64,000 bases of DNA from Candidatus Magasanikiibacteriota bacterium (GTDB taxonomy: Bacteria > Patescibacteriota > Patescibacteriia > Magasanikbacterales > GWA2-37-8). The stretch spans positions 8,011 through 72,010 of the forward strand of contig JAPLWQ010000005.1 of NCBI GenBank assembly GCA_026396515.1. Direction: 5' to 3'. Below the pieces are notes generated by a model. The model was not told where the DNA came from, did no database searches, and saw only the letters and a program-made list of their open reading frames with translations. Below are positions 20,983 to 29,770 of this stretch, piece by piece; the stretch's first letter is position 1, and every line of letters starts with the position of its first letter. The position numbers and the translations under genes were made by a program.

Positions 20983-21708
20983 ATGGATAAGCGTAAAGCT
21001 CAAGAAATTGTACGTCAAATGAGGCAAATTTACAATACCGTAGCCAAGGAGTGGGATGCCAGCCGCGGTACGCCAACGCGTATCAAAATGAAGGTAATAA
21101 GACCCGTAAAAAAGGGAATGCGGGTTTTGGATTTAGGATGCGGTAACGGGCTAATGGCCGGAGCGATTATCGGTCGCGGAGGTCGATATATTGGAGTAGA
21201 TATCTCCGGTAAATTCATATCCTTATGCAAAAAGAAATACTCCTCATATATTAAAACAAATGAAGCGGAATTTGTGACAGCCGATGCTGTAAAGTTGCCG
21301 TTTAAAAATAATTATTTTGATTTCGCGGTTTCTATTGCAGTGATGCACCACATACCATCGGCTGAATTACGTTTGAAATTTTTGCAGGAATTACATCGTG
21401 TTCTAAAATCGGGGGCGGTTGCAAAATTGGATAATTGGAATTTGCTTGAAGATTGGGGAAGAAAAAAATTTAATATCAGCAGGCAATTGGCAAATCCGCC
21501 GGCGGGGTATGACAAGGGCGATGTTTTCGTTTCTTGGAAAGCTACCGGCAAAAAAGATTATCCCAGATTTATTCACATATTTTCCGACCGGGAATTGCGC
21601 TCACTTGCGCGTGATGCCGGATTCAAAAAAATAAAAATTGAATATTACAATCGGGCGGGAAAGAAATTAAAAAATGGCGAAGCGCAGATACTTACCATAA
21701 TGAAATAA
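20983..21708 (+). CDS. Class I SAM-dependent methyltransferase
   Basis: VLDLGCGNG, GVDIS, DAVKLPF..FDFAVSIAVMHHIP. Confidence 0.85.
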   Translation: MDKRKAQEIVRQMRQIYNTVAKEWDASRGTPTRIKMKVIRPVKKGMRVLDLGCGNGLMAGAIIGRGGRYIGVDISGKFISLCKKKYSSYIKTNEAEFVTADAVKLPFKNNYFDFAVSIAVMHHIPSAELRLKFLQELHRVLKSGAVAKLDNWNLLEDWGRKKFNISRQLANPPAGYDKGDVFVSWKATGKKDYPRFIHIFSDRELRSLARDAGFKKIKIEYYNRAGKKLKNGEAQILTIMK

Positions 21709-21736
21709 AAAAGCCCGGCAGTTGCCGGGTTTTTTT
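21707..21736. terminator. Bidirectional intrinsic terminator
   Basis: AAAAAAGCCCGGCA-GT-TGCCGGGTTTTTTT between convergent genes. Confidence 0.75.
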
Positions 21737-21740
21737 ATGT

Positions 21741-22895
21741 TTAAGCAATTTGAGGTTCCTCGCAAAGCAACGGTTCGTGCTTGCGATAAATATCAAGCGT
21801 TCGTCTGGCGATGTCCTCCCATTGATAATCGCGGATCACGGTTTCCTTGTTTTGGATGCCAGCCGAAGCAAGCAACTCCGGATTGGATACTAAGTCAATA
21901 ATTTTTTTAGCCAGCGTAAACACAGAAGCGTTAGCAGACCAGAAGCGTCCGTCGGTAATAACCTCCTGATGTTCCGGAATGTTGGAGACAAGAGCCGGGC
22001 GTCCATATGACATGGCTTGAAGCACGGTGATCGGCAGGCCTTCATTTTCCGAAGGGTGCACGAGCATTAAGCAATTTGCATATAACGCGTGCAGAGCGTC
22101 GCCGCTTTGCCAGTCGGTAAATATAATAGAGGTGTCGCCGTCAGCCATTTGTTTCAGGCGGCGGACATAATCATCGGTAAACGAACTGCCGCCGACAATG
22201 GCCAGTTTTATATTTCCAAGCAAATCCGGACGGTCGCGGCGGGCTTTTTGCCACGCCTCAATCAAATAGTGTGCGCCTTTATGTCGAACCAGGCGCGAAA
22301 CCATCAGAAGATAATTGCCGGTTTTAAGATCCCATTTACCAATCGGTTCATCACCCGGGTTTTCTTCAACATTAACACCGTTCGGGTTGAAGACCGTAGT
22401 ATGATGATATTCGTTTAAGCAGTAGCTTTGAATAGTCTTGGAAACTGCAATGGTCTGGTGCGGAAAAGCGCAGGCGGCGCGTTCGCCGAGAAGAAGCATC
22501 ATGCGCGCGAATACACCCCATTTTTGGTGATAACGGTCAATGCAGTGAAAAGTTGAAATCACACGAATCCTCGGCGCAAAAACGCGCGGAATCCAAGAAA
22601 GCAAAGACGGGCCAACGCCGTGATAATGAATCACATCCGGTTTTTGGCGGATGGCGTGAATAGTGGAAACAAAAGTGTGGATGATCGCATCCAAATGTTT
22701 GGTGCGAACCGTCGGGGTATGAATAATTTTAATCCCGCAATGTTCGGTAATTTTTTCCGGAGTAAACCAGCGGCGCGCATACAATAAAACCTCGTGACCG
22801 TTTTTCACAAGTTCTTTGGACAGCTCCTCCACGTGGCGTTCGATGCCGCCGTAGAGTGCCGGAGCGCCTTTTTGTCCGATCATTGCGATCTTCAT
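21741..22895 (-). CDS. Glycosyltransferase family 4
   Basis: GGIERHVEEL, SRLVRHKG, PSENEGLPITVLQAMS. Confidence 0.9.
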   Translation of the reverse strand: MKIAMIGQKGAPALYGGIERHVEELSKELVKNGHEVLLYARRWFTPEKITEHCGIKIIHTPTVRTKHLDAIIHTFVSTIHAIRQKPDVIHYHGVGPSLLSWIPRVFAPRIRVISTFHCIDRYHQKWGVFARMMLLLGERAACAFPHQTIAVSKTIQSYCLNEYHHTTVFNPNGVNVEENPGDEPIGKWDLKTGNYLLMVSRLVRHKGAHYLIEAWQKARRDRPDLLGNIKLAIVGGSSFTDDYVRRLKQMADGDTSIIFTDWQSGDALHALYANCLMLVHPSENEGLPITVLQAMSYGRPALVSNIPEHQEVITDGRFWSANASVFTLAKKIIDLVSNPELLASAGIQNKETVIRDYQWEDIARRTLDIYRKHEPLLCEEPQIA

Positions 22896-22956
22896 ATACT
22901 TTGATTATGGCAATTGCTCTATATCGGCCGTGCTTTCATAATGCGTCTGAATTTTG

Positions 22957-22993
22957 CCCCGTAGCGCCCGCCACAGGCGATCTGCTACCAGGG
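22957..22993. repeat. Short CCCCGTAG-ended palindromic element
   Basis: CCCCGTAGC...GCTACCAGGG; one end is identical to the MITE terminus. Confidence 0.55.
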
Positions 22994-23131
22994 TCATTGC
23001 AATCTTCATAGATTCAAGCCGTATTTTTTAGAACCGAGTAATATAGCACGTTTTGGCGCTTTTGTCAAGAGATGGTAATGGCTATTTTCAGCTAAAAAAT
23101 GGCATAAATTATTTGTCAGAATTAGCCATAT

Positions 23132-23998
23132 ATGATAATATATATGCGTTTTATGATAATTGACGGAAAAAAAATTGCCGATAAAATCAATTTGGCCACC
23201 GCGTTGATGGTCAAAAAAATCAAGAAAGACGGCTATGATCCGAAAATAGCTGTTTTTTTGGTAGGTCAGCGCCCGGAATCGGAAATATATGTCCGGCAAA
23301 AAGAAAAGCTGGCAATTAAATTGGGATTTGGTTTTGAGTTGAAACGCTTCCCCAAATCAATCAGACAAAATGATCTATCAAGGGCGATTCTCCGCGAACA
23401 CGCAAAAATGAACACTTCTGGCATTATTTTGCAGCTGCCTTTGCCTAAACACATCAATACCTATGCCATGTTGTCCTGTTTGTTGCCGGAAACAGATATC
23501 GACTGTTTGTCCGATATCAGTTTGGGCAGATTGATTTTGCAGAATAATTTAGTTGTGCCTCCAACGGCCGGAGCAATAATGGAAATTTTGAAAGATCAGA
23601 AGGTAAATTTAGGCGGAAAAAAAATCGTGGTGATCGGCTCGGGATTATTGGTGGGGAAACCGCTGGTGATGATTTTAATGAATGCAAAAGCGACCGTCAC
23701 AGTCTGTAATTCAGAAACAAAAAATTTGGCAAAAATTTGCGTCGATGCAGATATAATAATTTCCGGCGCCGGACAAAAAAAATTAATTACCGCGAAAATG
23801 GCAAAAAAGAGCGCCATTGTTATTGACGCCGGATTTTCTTTTATAAATGGAAAGGCGTTCGGCGACGCAGATGTTTCAGGTTTGCATAAAAAAGGGATAA
23901 AAGTGACTCCGACACCCGGCGGTGTGGGGCCAGTGACCGTGGCGTGCTTAATGCGTAATGCGGCCATTTGCGCCAAAAATAAATATCATAATAAATAA
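23132..23998 (+). CDS. folD: Methylenetetrahydrofolate dehydrogenase/cyclohydrolase
   Basis: IIDGKK, YVRQK, QLPLP, VGKPL, TPTPGGVGPVTV; true start may be 23153. Confidence 0.93.
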   Translation: MIIYMRFMIIDGKKIADKINLATALMVKKIKKDGYDPKIAVFLVGQRPESEIYVRQKEKLAIKLGFGFELKRFPKSIRQNDLSRAILREHAKMNTSGIILQLPLPKHINTYAMLSCLLPETDIDCLSDISLGRLILQNNLVVPPTAGAIMEILKDQKVNLGGKKIVVIGSGLLVGKPLVMILMNAKATVTVCNSETKNLAKICVDADIIISGAGQKKLITAKMAKKSAIVIDAGFSFINGKAFGDADVSGLHKKGIKVTPTPGGVGPVTVACLMRNAAICAKNKYHNK

Positions 23999-24004
23999 TT
24001 TTTT

Positions 24005-24901
24005 ATGTGGCTTCTCGTCGGATTATGCGGTTATGCAGTAAATAGTGTTGTAAGCATTTTGGATAAGTATGTTTTAGATAAGGCCGTTGGAAAGCCGGCA
24101 GTCTTTACATTCCTTACCTGCATACCGGCGGCATTAGCACTTCTTCTTGTTCCGTGGTCCGGTTTTCTTGCCATGCAAACCGATTATTGGGTTGCCCTGT
24201 TGGCCGGCGTCGCCATGGTGCTTGGCTTATGGGCTTCATATATTGGAATCCAAAAAAGTGAGATTAGCCATATCGGACCGCTCATCGGAGCGACCGTGCC
24301 GGTATTTATTTTCTTATGGGGTCGGTTATTTCTTGGAGAGTATTATCAGCCGGTGCAGATAATGGCGATTATTTTTTTGGTTTGCGGGTCTCTGTTTATC
24401 GCCGGAGAAAAAAGTTCCGCGCATCAAGGGTTTCACTCCGGCATCGCTTGGGGCATCCTCGGCGGATTTTTGTGGTCAATATTCGGCGCGTCATCGAAGT
24501 ATCTATATGTACATAATGATTTTTTTAGCGGTTTTGTCTGGAGCCAGGGTATCGCCGGGCTGGTGGCAATGCTATTAATCTTTTTGCCGGCCGTCCGCCG
24601 CGCATTAAAAAAATCAAAAAATCCCGCGGAAAGCGTACGCGGGAAAAAATTGACCCTTGTCATTGTGGACAAAGTGCTCGGCGTGATTGGCCTGACGCTG
24701 GTTCAATATGCGGTTGCCCTCGGCAGCGCGACGCTGGTTTACGCCTTAGCCGGGGTGCAGTACGCGATACTGGTTATTGCAGTTGCCCTGCTAAGTAAAT
24801 TCCATTCCAAATTGTATCGTGAAACTTATGAAAAGGGTGAGTTAATTCAGGAAGTGCTGGCGGTAATATTTATCGCCGGCGGTCTTGCTTTGCTTGTATA
24901 A
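24005..24901 (+). CDS. EamA/DMT-family transporter
   Basis: About 10 TM helices in two repeats. Confidence 0.75.
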   Translation: MWLLVGLCGYAVNSVVSILDKYVLDKAVGKPAVFTFLTCIPAALALLLVPWSGFLAMQTDYWVALLAGVAMVLGLWASYIGIQKSEISHIGPLIGATVPVFIFLWGRLFLGEYYQPVQIMAIIFLVCGSLFIAGEKSSAHQGFHSGIAWGILGGFLWSIFGASSKYLYVHNDFFSGFVWSQGIAGLVAMLLIFLPAVRRALKKSKNPAESVRGKKLTLVIVDKVLGVIGLTLVQYAVALGSATLVYALAGVQYAILVIAVALLSKFHSKLYRETYEKGELIQEVLAVIFIAGGLALLV

Positions 24902-24906
24902 AAAAT

Positions 24907-25908
24907 ATGCCACACAGGAAGAAAATAATTATGATTATCTCAACCGTTGTTTTGGCGCTTGTTATCGTGGTTTTTATTTGCCATTTCTTTTCCAGCAAGC
25001 GGAACCAAAATCAAATATACGGCGCCAGTTTTAATGCCGAGTATGCTACCTATCTTGAACTTGACCCGCTCACGGTATTCACTTCAATGATGGATGATTT
25101 AGGTTTTAAATTTTTGCGTATTTCAGCGCAGTGGGAAGAAATTGAAAAAACACCGGGTGTATATGATTTTTCATTTTTAAATAAATTGATGGATGAAGCG
25201 GCAAAGAGAGGGGTAAAAATAACATTGGTTGTCGGGCAAAAAATTCCGCGTTGGCCGGAATGCCACGCGCCGAAGTGGACCGTGAGTTTATCCGACAATG
25301 AATACCGCGCCGCCATTAAGCGTTTTATCATAACGACTGTTGATCAATATAGAGATCATCCGGCGTTGGAAATCTGGCAAGTGGAAAATGAACCGCTGTT
25401 AAAGTTCGGGGAGTGCCGTTTTTTTGAAAAAGATATGCTCGCCTCTGAAATAGATATTGTCAGGCAAAGCGATCCCGACCATAAAATAATGATTACCGAT
25501 AGCGGTGAGTTAAGCAGTTGGCGGGATACGGCGAAAGCAGGGGATTTGTTTGGCACAACTTTGTACCGCGTAGTTTGGCATAAGCGCTGGGGTTATTTTT
25601 CCTATGATTGGATCTCTCCGCTTTTTTATCGTGCAAAATTATGGCTGACGGGGCAGAGCAAGGAAAATGCTTTTATTTCCGAGCTTCAAGCTGAACCGTG
25701 GATTCCGGATCACGACGTAAAATTGTTGGCGCTCGATGAACAGTATAAATCTATGAGCTTGGCGCGGTTTGAAAAAAATGTAGTGTATTCACAGCGCGTT
25801 GGTTTTCCGCGCGCCTATTTATGGGGGGCGGAGTGGTGGTATTGGATAAAACAGGCAAAGGGCGTGTCCGGATTTTTTGATTTTGCGAAAACGCTGAAGA
25901 AAGAATGA
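24907..25908 (+). CDS. Membrane-anchored clan GH-A-like glycoside hydrolase
   Basis: N-terminal TM; WEEIEKTPGVYDF, WQVENEP, ISELQ. Confidence 0.65.
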   Translation: MPHRKKIIMIISTVVLALVIVVFICHFFSSKRNQNQIYGASFNAEYATYLELDPLTVFTSMMDDLGFKFLRISAQWEEIEKTPGVYDFSFLNKLMDEAAKRGVKITLVVGQKIPRWPECHAPKWTVSLSDNEYRAAIKRFIITTVDQYRDHPALEIWQVENEPLLKFGECRFFEKDMLASEIDIVRQSDPDHKIMITDSGELSSWRDTAKAGDLFGTTLYRVVWHKRWGYFSYDWISPLFYRAKLWLTGQSKENAFISELQAEPWIPDHDVKLLALDEQYKSMSLARFEKNVVYSQRVGFPRAYLWGAEWWYWIKQAKGVSGFFDFAKTLKKE

Positions 25909-25920
25909 TGCTGAAAAGTT

Positions 25921-26046
25921 GAAAACGAATCGGATATTTGTCTTGGACACGGGTCTCCTCGCCTGTGGGCTCGTCACCCTAATGCTCATTCCGGCTATAA
26001 CGCCGGAATTCCGCGATTGTCCAAAACAAAAATCCGATTCGTTTTC
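25921..26046. repeat. Intergenic long inverted-repeat element with internal hairpins
   Basis: 29-bp arms GAAAACGAATCGGATATTTGTCTTGGACA / TGTCCAAAACAAAAATCCGATTCGTTTTC (2 mismatches). Confidence 0.7.
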
Positions 26047-26052
26047 GTATTA

Positions 26053-26081
26053 TTGACTATATAGGAATTAAGTGTTAGAAT
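26053..26081 (+). promoter_or_regulatory. Sigma70 promoter of the tRNA-Val locus
   Basis: TTGACT-N17-TAGAAT with extended TGn. Confidence 0.7.
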
Positions 26082-26093
26082 TGTCAAAATTTT

Positions 26094-26163
26094 GGGTGTT
26101 TAGCTCAGTTGGTTACCCGCCCGAACGACTGACGTCGTTCAGTCGGGCGGGGAGCGACTCGTT
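26094..26163 (+). pseudogene. Duplicated 5' half of tRNA-Val interrupted by a 36-bp palindrome
   Basis: GGGTGTTTAGCTCAGTTGGTTA[CCCGCCCGAACGAC...GTCGTTCAGTCGGGCGGG]GAGCGACTCGTT. Confidence 0.8.
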
Positions 26164-26171
26164 ATATACTT

Positions 26172-26414
26172 ATGGAATATTTCGTTTATATTTTAGAAGA
26201 TGAGAGTGGAAAGAAATACAAAGGCATGACAAATGATTTAAATAGACGTTTCCATGAACATCTTCGAGGCAAAACCAAAACAACGAAACGGATGAAGGAT
26301 TTAAGATTGGTCTATTCTGAAGAATTTAACACATTTGAGGAGGCGAGAAAGAGAGAATTATATTTTAAGACAGCCGCAGGTCGTAAATTCATAAAGAAGA
26401 CTTTGGGTGTTTAG
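26172..26414 (+). CDS. Small GIY-YIG nuclease
   Basis: YFVYIL..YKGMT.DLNRR..EH, LVYSEEF, A.KRE.YFK; its stop codon lies inside tRNA-Val. Confidence 0.88.
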   Translation: MEYFVYILEDESGKKYKGMTNDLNRRFHEHLRGKTKTTKRMKDLRLVYSEEFNTFEEARKRELYFKTAAGRKFIKKTLGV

Positions 26415-26478
26415 CTCAGTTGGTTAGAGCGACTCGTTTACACCGAGTAGGCCAGGGGTTCGAATCCCTTAACACCCA
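26405..26478 (+). tRNA. tRNA-Val(TAC)
   Basis: Full cloverleaf: acceptor GGGTGTT/AACACCC, anticodon arm ACTCG-TTTACAC-CGAGT, T loop TTCGAAT. Confidence 0.95.
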
Positions 26479-26480
26479 CA

Positions 26481-26608
26481 CGAGCGACTCTTTAGAGTCG
26501 CGACGGGATTCGAACGCCGGAGCGTTGCCGAGCGAGGCCGCGAGGCGGTGGCCAGCCCGAGGAGGCGGAAGCCGACAAGAGGCGAGGCCGAATCCCTTAA
26601 CACCCACA
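26481..26608 (+). repeat. tRNA-trailing element ending in a 20-bp copy of the tRNA-Val 3' end
   Basis: CGAATCCCTTAACACCCACA at 26461-26480 and 26589-26608; homologous to 62664-62808. Confidence 0.75.
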
Positions 26609-28422
26609 TGTCTTCAAAGGAAAAAAAGCCGGCATTTAGTTGGCGTCTAATTACCGATACCGTTAAAAACGCGCGTCGCGTTTATACCGTTATCTGGCCC
26701 GAGAAAAAAATAAAAGTTATTGTCGGGTATTTTTGCGTTATCATCACATCATCAGGTGATTTTTTGAAATCAGGCGCCCTGGCTCTTTTGGTTAACGAGC
26801 TGACTGCGGGTGGCGACATAAATCGTTTAATATATTTGGTGGTGCTTGCGGTACTGGCCATTCTTATACCAGCATTACTGTTTCAAGTCGAAGAGTTTAA
26901 CAACAGCACATTGTACATGTATCTGGAAAAGAAATTCGATATACTGATTAATCAAAAAAAGTCTGTATTGGAAATCGCAGCGCACGAGGATCCGCCGTTG
27001 AGAGATTTGATCACCCGGGTGGTTGAAAACGGTATATGGCGCGTACAAAGTTTTGTTGACCGCTGGTTTTATGTGATACAAGCGTTTTCCGGATTAGTTA
27101 TTTCCGCTGTCGTATTGCTTATATTAAATTATTGGGTATTTATTATTGTTTTTGTTACGGCAATCCCACTATTGTTTGTTGAACTGCGCTACAGCCACAA
27201 TGTTTGGACGATTAACGCGGAGAATTCCCAGCGTCGCAGACGATATTGGGATGCGCGTAATTTATTGGACACGAAAGAAGCTGTTGCCGAATTGAAGATT
27301 TTTCAGAATGCCGGTTTTTTTCTGCGCATTATCGAGGATATACTGACTTCATGGCAGAAAGACCGTCTGATAAATGAAAGAAAACGGTTTGTCTGGCGTT
27401 TTTTTGCCGCATTGGCCGGATTGGTCGCGATTGCCGCTTCGCTCGCGATTTTTGTTAGAAGTGCAGTCATCGGCGATATACAGCCCGGTACTTTGATATT
27501 CGCCCTATCTTCCGTTTTTTCTTTTCAGAGCTCGGTATCCGGATTCTTTGGGTTTCTTTCCCGACAATATCAGGATTCGTTGTTTGTTACGGATGTTTTC
27601 AAATTTCTTGATATACCACAAGCGCTGCCAATGGCGGCAGCCGGCCGGCGTTTAGAGAAAAATTCAGTCCCGGAAATTGTTTTTGAAAACGTTTCGTTTA
27701 GTTATCCGCAAGCCCCGGCCAATATGGTGATTAGGAATTTTTCATTTACAATAAAACCCGGCGAGAAGCTCGCGATAATCGGCGTGAACGGCGCCGGTAA
27801 AACCACCTTGGTAAAACTGTTGTGCAGATTTTACGACCCGACGAAGGGCCGGATTCTTATTGACGGAGTTGATTTAAAAGAAATTGATCTGGACAGCTGG
27901 TATAATAAACTTGGTGCAATTTTTCAGGATTTTTCACGCTACTATTTTAAAGTCAAGGATTTAATTAGTTTGGGACGATCGGATATTAAGGCATCAAAAC
28001 AAAAAGTGGTGGCCGCCGCGGAAAAAAGCGAGTCGGATGATTTTATCCGTGATTGGACCATGGAGTATGAACAAATGCTCGGCAGTCATTATTCCGGCGG
28101 TATTGATCCTTCGGTCGGACAGTGGCAGAAGCTGGCATTGGCCCGCACCTTTTATCGCGATCCGGATGTTTTTATTCTTGATGAGCCAACTTCGTCTATA
28201 GATGCCGAGGCCGAAGAAAAAATATTTGAAAGATTGGGAAACGTGGCAGCGGGAAAAACTGTAATTTTGATTTCTCATCGGTTTTCCACCGTCCGCCGGG
28301 CGGATAAAATTATTGTGATTGAAAATGGGGTAATAGGCGAGTATGGTACGCACGAAGAGCTTTTGGCCAACAAAAAAACTTATGAACGGTTGTTCCGTTT
28401 ACAGGCAAAGGGATACCGATAG
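26608..28422 (+). CDS. ABC transporter, fused permease/ATPase
   Basis: TM domain; GVNGAGKTT, SVGQWQ, ILDEPT, ISHR; ATG 26608 preferred. Confidence 0.9.
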   Translation: MSSKEKKPAFSWRLITDTVKNARRVYTVIWPEKKIKVIVGYFCVIITSSGDFLKSGALALLVNELTAGGDINRLIYLVVLAVLAILIPALLFQVEEFNNSTLYMYLEKKFDILINQKKSVLEIAAHEDPPLRDLITRVVENGIWRVQSFVDRWFYVIQAFSGLVISAVVLLILNYWVFIIVFVTAIPLLFVELRYSHNVWTINAENSQRRRRYWDARNLLDTKEAVAELKIFQNAGFFLRIIEDILTSWQKDRLINERKRFVWRFFAALAGLVAIAASLAIFVRSAVIGDIQPGTLIFALSSVFSFQSSVSGFFGFLSRQYQDSLFVTDVFKFLDIPQALPMAAAGRRLEKNSVPEIVFENVSFSYPQAPANMVIRNFSFTIKPGEKLAIIGVNGAGKTTLVKLLCRFYDPTKGRILIDGVDLKEIDLDSWYNKLGAIFQDFSRYYFKVKDLISLGRSDIKASKQKVVAAAEKSESDDFIRDWTMEYEQMLGSHYSGGIDPSVGQWQKLALARTFYRDPDVFILDEPTSSIDAEAEEKIFERLGNVAAGKTVILISHRFSTVRRADKIIVIENGVIGEYGTHEELLANKKTYERLFRLQAKGYR

Positions 28423-28551
28423 AATAGCCGGATGAAAAATTATCCTTCACGAGCGGTTAAATAGTTTCAGCGGAGATCACAGCCGGATTTTTAACGCCCC
28501 AAAAAGGGCGTTTTATGGTATAATAAAAATATAAATAATAACAATGTAATT

Positions 28552-29724
28552 ATGAGGCAACCTGAATTGCCCGTTGTTTTGCACGGAGGCGTGTTTAAAA
28601 AAACGGCCACAGTAAGCGAAGCGGTCTTCATTATTACCGGTATGACAATTGGCGCCGGTATTTTGGGCTTGCCGTATGTTATAGCCCGCTCAGGGCTCGC
28701 TTTAGGGCTCATATTAATCGCTCTGTGGGGTTTGGTAGTGCTTTTGCTCAATCTTATGCTTGGCGACATTGCCGTGCGTACCAGGCAGAATTTTCAGCTT
28801 CCTGGTTTTGCCGGTAAATACCTGGGAAAATGGGCAAAACACCTGCTTAGTGTGATCATAATATTCAGCGGTTTTGGCACCTTGCTTGCCTATATAATTG
28901 GCGAGGGACAGGCGCTTTCGGAAATATTTGGCGGCACGCCATTTTGGTGGAGTGTTTTCTTTTGGTCGCTGGGCAGTTTTTTTATCTGGCAAGGCCTGCA
29001 AACGGTAAAAACCATTGATCGTGTTTTGAGCTTAACAGTCATCGTTCTAATCGTGGCCTTATCAACGTTTTTATTGCCGAAAATAAATATTGAATATGTG
29101 CATTATTCAAATTTGGCAAACTTCTTTTTGCCGTTCGGCGTGATATTGTTTGCCATGCACGCCACTCCGGCTATTGCTGAAGCGCACGCGCTGTTGCCCG
29201 GTTCGGAAAAAAGATTTAAAAAAGCCATTATTATCGGCACGCTAATTCCTATCGCCGTGTATCTTTTGTTTGCTTTGGCAGTAGTCGGATATTTTGGCCT
29301 GTCAGTTACTGAAGTGGCAACCATCGGATTTGGCCGGGCATTTGGCCCGGGGTTTATTATTATGGCCAACGCGTTCGCGGTGCTGGCCATGGGAACATGT
29401 TTTATGGGTATGGGGTTGGCTTTAAAACAAACATTTGTTTGGGATCATAAACTGAATCCGTATCTCGCTGAATTTGCCGTAGTAGTTGTGCCGTTATTAT
29501 TATTTTTATTCGGTTTCAGAAGCTTTGTGGAAGTTTTGGATGTCGTCGGCGGTTTGTTTATCGGTCTGGAATCACTTCTTATCGTGCTGATATGTTATGT
29601 GGCGCGAAAAAAAGGAGACCTGGACGGGTCTCGCTATGCTTTTAAGAATTTTTGGCTGGCAGCCGTGCCGGTGTTGATATTTTTCTTGGTCGCCACGGTT
29701 TATTCAGTGACTAAGATTTTTTAG
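28552..29724 (+). CDS. Aromatic amino acid permease family protein
   Basis: GMTIGAGILGLPY, PFGVILFA; about 11 TM. Confidence 0.8.
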   Translation: MRQPELPVVLHGGVFKKTATVSEAVFIITGMTIGAGILGLPYVIARSGLALGLILIALWGLVVLLLNLMLGDIAVRTRQNFQLPGFAGKYLGKWAKHLLSVIIIFSGFGTLLAYIIGEGQALSEIFGGTPFWWSVFFWSLGSFFIWQGLQTVKTIDRVLSLTVIVLIVALSTFLLPKINIEYVHYSNLANFFLPFGVILFAMHATPAIAEAHALLPGSEKRFKKAIIIGTLIPIAVYLLFALAVVGYFGLSVTEVATIGFGRAFGPGFIIMANAFAVLAMGTCFMGMGLALKQTFVWDHKLNPYLAEFAVVVVPLLLFLFGFRSFVEVLDVVGGLFIGLESLLIVLICYVARKKGDLDGSRYAFKNFWLAAVPVLIFFLVATVYSVTKIF

Positions 29725-29731
29725 TATAATT

Positions 29732-29765
29732 AAAAAATCGGCCCGCTTAGCGAGCCGATTTTTTT
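29732..29765. terminator. Bidirectional terminator
   Basis: AAAAAATCGGCCCGC-TTA-GCGAGCCGATTTTTTT. Confidence 0.7.
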
Positions 29766-29770
29766 GTTTT

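Noticed and set aside
26094-26478. Group I intron in tRNA-Val
   Set aside because: No room for a ribozyme core, and the downstream tRNA is already complete.
26416-26650. Short ORFs across tRNA-Val and the GTG start at 26548
   Set aside because: Shadows of the tRNA and trailing element; the ABC gene more plausibly starts at ATG 26608.
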